This document shows positions 26,359-33,949 of a stretch of DNA of 62,411 nucleotides, piece by piece. The notes below the pieces were generated by a model, which ran no database searches, was not told the origin of the DNA, and saw only the letters and a list, made by a program, of their open reading frames with translations. Within the stretch, counting starts at the first letter, position 1; every line of letters begins with the position of its first letter. A program made the translations under genes and the position numbers. The DNA is from Christensenella sp. UBA3798 (GTDB lineage: Bacteria > Bacillota > Clostridia > Christensenellales > CAG-1252), in contig DFEQ01000029.1 in the NCBI GenBank assembly GCA_002368735.1, positions 1 to 62,411 of the forward strand. Direction: 5' to 3'.

Positions 26359-27531
26359 ATGGACAATGAGTCTATGAACGAAGCGACCCCCGAAGTCAGC
26401 CTTTCTGCACCCCGAAAGCAAGCGGTCAGAGCGAAGATATCCGCCTTGGCGAAGAGGTGGTTTATCGACGCCTTTTCGGGGATGGCGCAGGGATTGTTCT
26501 GCACCTTGATAGCGGGCACCATCCTCGCGCAAATTGCCTCTTGGTGCGGTGATAACGCCTTCGCGGCGACCCTGCTTGTGATATCCAAGATAGCCAAGTC
26601 GCTGATGGGCGCGGGCATCGGCGTGGGCATTGCGAGCAAGCTCGGCGCAAAGCACCTCGTCGTCTTTACGGCGGCGGTCACGGGCATGGTGGGCGCATTC
26701 GCCTCCCCCCTCGTGGAGTTACTTACCAAAGGTACGGCGTTCGCCTTTACGCTCGGCGCGCCCGGCAACCCCATCGGCGCCTACGTCCTGACCCTCTTTA
26801 CGATGGAGATCGCTCTTCTATACGCAGGCAAGACCAAGCTGGATATCGTGCTCGTTCCCCTCGGGATGATGGTACTCGTCCTCGGCGGCATCTTCCTGGC
26901 TTGGCCCTTTATCAAGCTCATCGACCTCCTCGGCATTGGCATCGCCAAGGCGATCGAGGCGGGCGTGGCGGTGAAGCTGATCGTGGGCGTATTCGTCGCC
27001 GTGATTATGGGCGTACTGCTCACTATGCCTACTTCCTCTGCGGCGATATGGATAGCTATTACCGCGGCAGTCTCCGCCGAATACGTGGACGCTCTGTCCA
27101 TCGCAGGTGGCGCCGCCGTTGCGGGATGCGCCGCGCATATGGTGGGCTTTGCGGTGGCTTCCTTCCGTGAAAACGGGGTGGGCGGTTTGATATCGCAGGG
27201 GATAGGTACCAGCATGCTCCAAATACCGAATATTATGAAAAAGCCCGTTATCATGCTCCCCGAGATCGTCGCAAGCGCGGTGTCGGGGCTTGTCGCCGTG
27301 CTCCTTGACCTTCGTTGCAACGCGGCGGGCGGCGGCATGGGCACGAGCGGACTCGTTGGCGTCTTCGGCGCAGTGGAAGCCTCCGGGAACGCGGGTCTTC
27401 CCGCCTGGAAGATAGCGCTGGGCGTCACCCTCTGCCTGTTCGTTATCCCCGCGGTGGTATCCTTCATTGTCAGCGAGTTATTGCGCAAGAAGAATATCAT
27501 TGCCGCAGGCGACCAAAAACTTGAAGCATAG
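26359..27531 (+). CDS. EIIC-like polytopic membrane permease (PTS_EIIC_2-like)
   Basis: 390 aa with many TM helices. The N-terminal FIDAFSGMAQGLF..LIAGTI pattern resembles orphan PTS EIIC-type proteins. Confidence 0.5.
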   Translation: MDNESMNEATPEVSLSAPRKQAVRAKISALAKRWFIDAFSGMAQGLFCTLIAGTILAQIASWCGDNAFAATLLVISKIAKSLMGAGIGVGIASKLGAKHLVVFTAAVTGMVGAFASPLVELLTKGTAFAFTLGAPGNPIGAYVLTLFTMEIALLYAGKTKLDIVLVPLGMMVLVLGGIFLAWPFIKLIDLLGIGIAKAIEAGVAVKLIVGVFVAVIMGVLLTMPTSSAAIWIAITAAVSAEYVDALSIAGGAAVAGCAAHMVGFAVASFRENGVGGLISQGIGTSMLQIPNIMKKPVIMLPEIVASAVSGLVAVLLDLRCNAAGGGMGTSGLVGVFGAVEASGNAGLPAWKIALGVTLCLFVIPAVVSFIVSELLRKKNIIAAGDQKLEA

Positions 27532-27540
27532 GAGTTATCG

Positions 27541-29304
27541 ATGAAAAGAACGGAAGTTGATTCGAAATATAAGTGGAACTTGGACAGCGTCATGCGCGCG
27601 GAGGAATGGGAAGAGGCTTTCCTCTCTCTTTCGGCGGAGAAAAACTCCCTCGCAAAGTATATGGGCAAGCTGAAGGATAAAAAGCAGCTTCTTTCCTGTA
27701 TGCGAGAGGAAAATGCCCTTGCCATCCGCATGGAGAACCTCTACGTCTATGCAAAGATGAAGCAGGACGAAGATACCGCGCTCGCCTCCTCGCAGAGCAT
27801 GGTGGGTCGTGCAAGGAATCTTGCGGCGGAGATATCCGCATCCGCCAGCTTTATCTCGCCCGAGATAATCGCTTCCTATACGGAGGAGGAACTCATCGAT
27901 CTTTCTCGCGACCCCGACTTCTCCGATTATTCCTATTCCTTGACCGAGCTGGCGCGCAATCGCAAACGGGTTCTGTCCGAAAAGGAGGAGGTCATCCTCT
28001 CCCGCGTTTCCGAACTCGCGGGCGGGTATCAAAACGCCTTTACGATGTTTGACAATGCAGACGTCAAGTTCGCGCGGGTCAGGAACGAAGAGGGCGCCAA
28101 AGTAAAGCTCACGCACGGCGTATACGGCGAGCTGTTGATGAGCAAGGATCGCTCCGTACGCAAGGGTGCGTATAAGAGCATGTTTACCGCCTATAAGGAG
28201 ATGATAAATACCATCGGCGCCTTGTATCTCGGCAATCTCAAGAAGGACGAATTCTACGCGCATTTCCGCGGCTACGGCAGTTCGCTCGAAATGTGTATGG
28301 ACGAGGAGAACGTTGACGTCAAGGCGTACGAGAACCTCATAAAAGGGGTGAATGCGGGCATTCCCTCCCTCCACAAGTATCTTTCGGTGCGCAAAAAGCT
28401 CCTCGGCGTTTCGCGTCTCACGATGTACGATATGCACGTCCCCGTCGTGTCGGGCGCCGACCTTAAACTCGGCTACGAAGAGGCATACGACCTCGTCATC
28501 CGCGCGCTTTCCTGCCTTGGCGACGATTACGTCGCTCTCCTCAAAAAGGCGCGTGACGAAGGCTGGATAGACGTGTACGAGACCGAGAACAAGCGGAGCG
28601 GAGCCTATTCTTGGGGCACCTATACTTCGCACCCCTACGTGCTGCTCAATTACAAGCCAACGACGCACGACGTATTCACCATCGCGCACGAACTCGGGCA
28701 CGCTATGCACTCCTATAAGTCGGACGCGGCGCAGCCCTATGCCAAGGCGGGATACGAGATATTCGTGGCGGAGATAGCCTCTACCGTCAACGAAATGCTC
28801 CTGTATCGTTATCTGCTGAAGGAAGGCAAGGCGGATCGCCGCTATCTATTGTCCTACCTCGCCGATATGTTCCGCACCACCTTTTTCCGTCAAACGATGT
28901 TTGCGGAGTTTGAGCTTGCGGCGCATCAAAAGGTGGAGCAAAACGGTACGGTCACGCCCTCCGAGTTGTGCGAGATATACGCGGGGCTCAACGCCAAGTA
29001 TTACGGCAAGAGGGCTACCGACGAACTGATCTCCTACGAATGGGCGAGGATACCGCATTTTTATACTTCCTTCTACGTCTACAAGTACGCCACGGGCATC
29101 GTGTCGGCGGCGGCTATCTCCAAGGATATTTTCGAGGGGAAGGAAGGAGCGCTCGAAGGGTATATGCGTTTCCTGTCCCTCGGCGGCAGTATGCCTCCTT
29201 TGGATATCCTGCGCGTCGCGGGGGTGGACCTCACGACGGAGGACCCCTTCAAAAAGGCGCTCTCGCTGTTTAGCGAGTCGGTGGAGGAACTGGGGCGTCT
29301 ATGA
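27541..29304 (+). CDS. pepF: oligoendopeptidase F (M3B metallopeptidase)
   Basis: 587 aa. HELGHAMH zinc motif and PepF-like N-terminus (YKWNL). Confidence 0.85.
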   Translation: MKRTEVDSKYKWNLDSVMRAEEWEEAFLSLSAEKNSLAKYMGKLKDKKQLLSCMREENALAIRMENLYVYAKMKQDEDTALASSQSMVGRARNLAAEISASASFISPEIIASYTEEELIDLSRDPDFSDYSYSLTELARNRKRVLSEKEEVILSRVSELAGGYQNAFTMFDNADVKFARVRNEEGAKVKLTHGVYGELLMSKDRSVRKGAYKSMFTAYKEMINTIGALYLGNLKKDEFYAHFRGYGSSLEMCMDEENVDVKAYENLIKGVNAGIPSLHKYLSVRKKLLGVSRLTMYDMHVPVVSGADLKLGYEEAYDLVIRALSCLGDDYVALLKKARDEGWIDVYETENKRSGAYSWGTYTSHPYVLLNYKPTTHDVFTIAHELGHAMHSYKSDAAQPYAKAGYEIFVAEIASTVNEMLLYRYLLKEGKADRRYLLSYLADMFRTTFFRQTMFAEFELAAHQKVEQNGTVTPSELCEIYAGLNAKYYGKRATDELISYEWARIPHFYTSFYVYKYATGIVSAAAISKDIFEGKEGALEGYMRFLSLGGSMPPLDILRVAGVDLTTEDPFKKALSLFSESVEELGRL

Positions 29305-30071
29305 AACTTTGGAAAGTCGCCTTGGTCGTTATCCTTTTGATATCGACGACGCTTCTTTTCTTTGGATGCGGCGAGAGCTTTACCTATGCTTTCTATACCG
29401 ATAACGTCGGCGGCGTGCATACGGATATCACCTTCGTGTACGAAAAGGACGCCTACGATGCAAAAGAGGTAAAAGAGCAGGCGATACAGGCGATGCAGAA
29501 CTACGTTACGGCAAGGTCCCTTAACGCCTACGCCACCCTGACTACCGACGTGGATGGCGTGGTGAAGCTCGAATTATCCTTTCCCTCCGTTACCGATTAC
29601 TACATAGCGCTCGGCTATACCGGAAAGGAGAGAAACGAGCCCTACGAGCCGACCAAAGTGGGCTTTATCGACACCTACGAGGATAGACAAAGCAGCTACC
29701 TTACCGAGGCGAATATCCGCTCCGTCCGCGCGGCTGTCAGCGAGGAATTTGCCGATTTTCCCCTTGACTGCGACTTCTATTACACCTACGGCACCACCTC
29801 TAAACTCACGCAGTCCAACGGCGAGGTGGAGGAAAGGGACGGCATATACTATCATACCTGGAAATTGAACTACGGAGAGGACGCGGATATCGTCATCACC
29901 AAGTACGCCCCCAACGGGGTCATCCTGATGTCCATTGTAATTTCGATTTTCGTATTGAGTTTAGCAATTATATTTGTTATAATATTTATTACACGCAAGA
30001 AAAAAGCACGCCGTGCGGCAGCAGCCGCGACGGATGGCGACGCGGAGGGCAACGACGCACCCGAGCAATAA
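29301..30071 (+). CDS. hypothetical lipoprotein with C-terminal TM helix
   Basis: 256 aa. Signal peptide with lipobox FFGC, a C-terminal hydrophobic helix and a basic/acidic tail. ATGA overlap with pepF. Confidence 0.55.
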   Translation: MKLWKVALVVILLISTTLLFFGCGESFTYAFYTDNVGGVHTDITFVYEKDAYDAKEVKEQAIQAMQNYVTARSLNAYATLTTDVDGVVKLELSFPSVTDYYIALGYTGKERNEPYEPTKVGFIDTYEDRQSSYLTEANIRSVRAAVSEEFADFPLDCDFYYTYGTTSKLTQSNGEVEERDGIYYHTWKLNYGEDADIVITKYAPNGVILMSIVISIFVLSLAIIFVIIFITRKKKARRAAAAATDGDAEGNDAPEQ

Positions 30072-30089
30072 AGCCTATAAGGAGCGATT

Positions 30090-31523
30090 ATGGCAAGAGA
30101 AAAAGATAAAAAGAAAGTGCGCACTTTCCCCGCAAGTATCGAAGCGGAACGGAGTGTCCTCGGCGCATTCATGATAGACCCGAGCGCGGTGAATGACAAT
30201 ATCACGCAGCTCTCGACGGACGACTTCTCCACACAGCCCAACAAGAGTATCTTCGACGCTATGCGCGAACTGTTTATGGAGAGCCATCCCATCGATATCG
30301 TCAGCGTTGCGGATAAGATGCGCTTGATGGGTACCCTTGCAGAAGCGGGCGACGTCCCCTATATCAGCGGCATCGCGGCGTCCATTCCCAGCGCGGCGGG
30401 ATGCAAATACTACGTTCAGATATTGAAGAGGGACGGACTTCTGCGCAAACTTTTGCAAGCGTCCAAGGATATCTCTGAGGACGTCTACACCTCCGAGGAC
30501 GGCGACGAAAGCCTCTCCTTTGCACAGCAACGCATCCTGCAGGTCACCCAGTCCATCGGGCAGTCCTCCCTTGTGCGCGCGGGCACCGTCGCGGACGAGG
30601 TCATACGCGAGATAGAGGAGCATCACGCAAATCCCGACTCTTCCGTCGGGCTGCTGACGGGCTTTTCCAACCTCGACCACAGGTTGCAGGGATTGCAACG
30701 TTCCGACCTCATGATAATCGCCGCTCGACCCGGCGTGGGCAAAACGGCTTTTGCGCTGAACATCGCTACGAATATCGCACAGCGCGAACCCGATAAGAAC
30801 ATCTTGATATTCACCCTCGAAATGGCAAACGGACAGTTGGTGCGCCGTATGTTGTGCTCTTTGACGGGTATCAAGAACGATTCCATCTCGCGCAGCAACC
30901 TCGAAATGCAGGAATTCGTCAAGCTCAACCAAGCGCGCCAGGCGTTGTGGAAGAGCCACATCTATATCGACCAGACGGCGATGCAGACCCCTTCCGATAT
31001 CTTAGCCAAGTGCCGTCGCTTTATGATAGAGAATAATTGCAATATAGACCTCATCATCATCGACTATATGCAGCTCATGACTTGCCCCGGCAAGGAGAGC
31101 CGCCAGCAGGAAGTCGCGGAGATAAGCCGTAATATGAAGCTCCTCGCGAAGGAGATAAACGTGCCCGTTATCGTGCTCTCGCAGCTGTCCAGAAACGCCG
31201 AGATGAAGAGCGAGAAGCCGCAACTCCACGACCTTCGCGACAGCGGCTCCATCGAGCAGGACGCCGATATCGTTTCCTTCCTGTATAAGGAGAAGGGTCA
31301 AGACCCCGATAACTCCATCGTCGAGTTTATCGTCGCGAAGTTCAGGAACGGTAAGACGGGATCTTTGGCGTTCGAGTGGCACGGCAGTACCTTTACCTTC
31401 GTTCCCACCGATAACGAAAGGTTGCAGTACGTCAAGAAGGCTCCGCCCAAAGGGTCGGAAGGCGATAATAAGTCCGAGGACGAGGGGGGTAGACCCGCCG
31501 AAGACGGAGGGAGCGAGGAATGA
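30090..31523 (+). CDS. dnaB: replicative DNA helicase
   Basis: 477 aa. DnaB N-domain (AERSVLGA), Walker A (ARPGVGKT) and RecA-like C-domain (LSQLSR, LRDSGSIEQDAD). Confidence 0.9.
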   Translation: MAREKDKKKVRTFPASIEAERSVLGAFMIDPSAVNDNITQLSTDDFSTQPNKSIFDAMRELFMESHPIDIVSVADKMRLMGTLAEAGDVPYISGIAASIPSAAGCKYYVQILKRDGLLRKLLQASKDISEDVYTSEDGDESLSFAQQRILQVTQSIGQSSLVRAGTVADEVIREIEEHHANPDSSVGLLTGFSNLDHRLQGLQRSDLMIIAARPGVGKTAFALNIATNIAQREPDKNILIFTLEMANGQLVRRMLCSLTGIKNDSISRSNLEMQEFVKLNQARQALWKSHIYIDQTAMQTPSDILAKCRRFMIENNCNIDLIIIDYMQLMTCPGKESRQQEVAEISRNMKLLAKEINVPVIVLSQLSRNAEMKSEKPQLHDLRDSGSIEQDADIVSFLYKEKGQDPDNSIVEFIVAKFRNGKTGSLAFEWHGSTFTFVPTDNERLQYVKKAPPKGSEGDNKSEDEGGRPAEDGGSEE

Positions 31524-31993
31524 CGGAAAGCAATTCTACCCTTGTTTTGAAGGATAACGAGATACTCGTCGTCTTTGCCGATAAGTCGGAGCTCGGCAGT
31601 GCCCTCAACTCCCTAGGTGTAGGGAGAATAGCGAAAAAGGAGAACGGGGAGCCCTATCTGGCGGATTCCTCCTATTTCATCTCTTTTTCGCACAAGGACG
31701 ATATCGCGGTCGCCGCGCTGTCGAGTAGCCGCGTTGGCGTGGACGTGGAGAACGTGACCATTCCTCGCAACGTGGCGCGTTTATCGCGTCTTTTCCACGA
31801 CAGCGACGTTCCTTCGTCACTCTATGACTTCTATCGTCTGTGGACGAGCAAGGAGGCGCTGGGCAAGTACGAAGGTACCGGTATCACCACCGACTTATTA
31901 AAGAGAAAGACGGACGGCGTGCGGCATATAGAGCATGGAGATTATCTCATCGGCGTCGCCGGAGAGGGCGATATCACAATGAAAATTATTTAA
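31520..31993 (+). CDS. 4'-phosphopantetheinyl transferase family protein
   Basis: 157 aa. Motifs FSHKDD..VGVDVE and WTSKEALGK. ATGA overlap with dnaB. Confidence 0.6.
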   Translation: MTESNSTLVLKDNEILVVFADKSELGSALNSLGVGRIAKKENGEPYLADSSYFISFSHKDDIAVAALSSSRVGVDVENVTIPRNVARLSRLFHDSDVPSSLYDFYRLWTSKEALGKYEGTGITTDLLKRKTDGVRHIEHGDYLIGVAGEGDITMKII

Positions 31994-32005
31994 GGAGCAA
32001 CAAAA

Positions 32006-32233
32006 ATGATCGAAGAAAAAGTGTATGACATCATCAGCGAGCAATTCGACGTGGACAAATCGTCCCTCTCGGCGGCAACCGACCTCGTGAACGACCTTCA
32101 CGCAGATTCCTTGGACCTCGTGGAGCTCATTATGGCGTTTGAGGACGAGTTCGGGCTCTCCATCCCCGATGAGGTGGCGCTCTCGGTAAAGACGCTGGGC
32201 GACGCGGTGGAGTACATTCGTTCGGCTAAGTGA
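32006..32233 (+). CDS. acpP: acyl carrier protein
   Basis: 75 aa with the DSLD phosphopantetheine attachment motif (LHADSLDLVELIMAFEDEFG). Confidence 0.85.
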   Translation: MIEEKVYDIISEQFDVDKSSLSAATDLVNDLHADSLDLVELIMAFEDEFGLSIPDEVALSVKTLGDAVEYIRSAK

Positions 32234-32256
32234 CCTTCTTTCAGAAGGTCTTTTTA
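32232..32256 (+). terminator. intrinsic terminator after the ACP gene
   Basis: GACCTTCT-ttc-AGAAGGTC followed by TTTTT. Confidence 0.65.
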
Positions 32257-32265
32257 TAAGACGGG

Positions 32266-32294
32266 TTGAATTGTCCCATCGAAAGTGATATAAT
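32266..32294 (+). promoter_or_regulatory. promoter candidate for the esterase gene
   Basis: TTGAAT (32266-32271), a 17-nt spacer, then TATAAT (32289-32294). Confidence 0.45.
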
Positions 32295-32320
32295 GGAATC
32301 GTTACGAAGCGGAGGGAAAT

Positions 32321-33316
32321 ATGGCTTCATTTCAACGTGTATTGTTTAAGTCCATCGATATTCTGTTCAATCGTGCGCAGAATAAGCATAAGTTTGCCGA
32401 TATCGACGTCAAGAAGGACATCGTCTACGACGAGGAATATCCTAACGAATGCGCCTTTGATATCTATCGTCACGGCAGTAAGATAGGCTTCAAGTTGCCT
32501 ACCATCATCAACTTCCACGGCGGTGGATATATGGCGGGCGGCAAGGAATATCGTTCGGGTATCGCGAGCTTTCTCGTGGACAAACTGGACATCTGCGTTA
32601 TCAACGTCAGCTATCATAAGTGCGAGAACTGCAAGTTCCCGCAGTTTACCCGCGATAGCTTAAAGGCCCTCGCCTATATAGAGGAACACGCCGACGAACT
32701 CAACGTCGACCTCGGCAACCTCTATATCATGGGGGACAGCGCAGGGGCGCAGATCGCGGCGCACGCCGTCACCATCATCCAAAACGATGAGATGCGTGAG
32801 GCGCTCGGTTGCGTTAAATGCACTTTAAAGTTCAAGGCGGCGCTTTTGTTCTGCGGACCCTACGACGTCATCAGCGCCGTCACGTCACCCTCTATCTTGG
32901 ATATTGCCAGAGGGCTTGGCAACAAGGTGCTCGGCATCAACGTAAAGAATAAGGAGGAGCTCGACGCTTATCCATACATAAAGTATCTCAATCTCCTGGA
33001 TTGGGTAGGGGACGACTTCCCCCCGTGCTTCATCGGTCATACGAAGTATGATATTTTCTGCGCAGGGCAGGGAGAGCGCTTGATAAATGAGCTCAAAAAG
33101 CGCAATATCCCCTATGTGTCCTATCTTTCGACCAAACACCTCGACTACCATTGCTGGTATCTCGCTTTGAACAATCGCAGCGCAAAGAAACTGCTTGCCG
33201 AGCTCGTTACCTATATGCAGAGTATGCTGAGGGGGGAGATCCCCGAAGTGCGCGAGATAATATACGGCACGCCGCCCAAGGCGGAGGAGGGTGCGGACGT
33301 CAAGCCCGAGGCATGA
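32321..33316 (+). CDS. alpha/beta-hydrolase esterase/lipase (HSL-like)
   Basis: 331 aa. HGGGY oxyanion motif and GDSAG nucleophile elbow. Confidence 0.75.
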   Translation: MASFQRVLFKSIDILFNRAQNKHKFADIDVKKDIVYDEEYPNECAFDIYRHGSKIGFKLPTIINFHGGGYMAGGKEYRSGIASFLVDKLDICVINVSYHKCENCKFPQFTRDSLKALAYIEEHADELNVDLGNLYIMGDSAGAQIAAHAVTIIQNDEMREALGCVKCTLKFKAALLFCGPYDVISAVTSPSILDIARGLGNKVLGINVKNKEELDAYPYIKYLNLLDWVGDDFPPCFIGHTKYDIFCAGQGERLINELKKRNIPYVSYLSTKHLDYHCWYLALNNRSAKKLLAELVTYMQSMLRGEIPEVREIIYGTPPKAEEGADVKPEA

Positions 33317-33340
33317 CGTCTGATATATTCCAAGATGACG

Positions 33341-33370
33341 GGACGCGCCATGCGGTGCGTCCTTTTTTAT
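33341..33370 (+). terminator. intrinsic terminator isolating the esterase gene from the giant gene
   Basis: GGACGCGCC-atgc-GGTGCGTCC (9 bp including one G.U pair) followed by TTTTTT. Confidence 0.75.
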
Positions 33371-33770
33371 TCAATAGTCCCTACAAGCCCCTAGGCTCGC
33401 ATTCTTGCCGATGCAATGCAAAAAGTCCCTTAATAGCCCCTAGGAGTCCCTTAAAATGTCGTGTCGATCGGGTCATCGGCTCGTGAATGTATTGTCCGTT
33501 GATTTATTTTGTTGATCTACGCATCCTTTCGTGTCCGCTTATCGCGCCTGTTTGCGTTTGCTCGCCCGCCGATAAGCCCTCCCACGCTTGCACTTTTTCA
33601 AGCTTTTCTCTTTTTTCTTATTTTGTCGTAGCAGTGCGTATTTCGTCCCTTTTATTTGCTTTTTGTCGGGCAATTTACGATCGGAAAAGGCTTTTGATTA
33701 AGATTTCGATAAGGGCTCGTTAAGTTTTATTAATAGGAATTATTTTATAAATAAGATTACGTACTTACCA

Positions 33771-33800
33771 TTGAACTTTCCATTCATAGAATGGTACTAT
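33771..33800 (+). promoter_or_regulatory. promoter candidate for the giant gene
   Basis: TTGAAC (33771-33776), an 18-nt spacer ending in TGg, then TACTAT (33795-33800). This leaves a 5' UTR of roughly 65 nt before the RBS. Confidence 0.3.
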
Positions 33801-33871
33801 GTTTGCAGGTGTTTACGCGTACGCATAATGCGAAGCGTCAAACGGCAAACAAACAGTTACAGGAGGCTGTT

Positions 33872-33949
33872 ATGAGCAAACGGAAAATTTCGATTTTGAT
33901 ACTCGTCTTACTGATGGTGGCGCTGGTCGCGTTCACATTCGTTTCTTGT
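33872..33949 (+). other. lipoprotein signal peptide of the giant protein (MSKRKISILILVLLMVALVAFTFVSC)
   Basis: Basic n-region, hydrophobic core and lipobox-like FVSC, with the Cys codon at 33947-33949. Confidence 0.75.

Noticed and set aside
23413-31382. Minus-strand ORFs over leuS (23413-24051, 24190-25605), the trmH-like gene (25424-26095), the EIIC-like gene (26262-27731), pepF (27535-28710) and dnaB (30075-30959, 31002-31382).
   Set aside because: They are antisense shadows of confidently identified plus-strand housekeeping genes.
33151-33723. Track ORFs 33151-33486 and 33487-33723 (plus strand) in the esterase 3' end and intergenic region.
   Set aside because: The first is out of frame over the esterase gene and reads through its terminator. 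The second has no RBS and an implausible Cys/Phe/Ser-rich low-complexity sequence in AT-rich DNA.
33791-33871. An upstream in-frame ATG at 33791 that would extend the giant ORF by 27 codons.
   Set aside because: It has no RBS, and the extension (MVLCLQVFTRTHNAKRQTANKQLQEAV) would bury the signal peptide. The ATG at 33872 has AGGAGG at ideal spacing and an immediately following lipoprotein signal.
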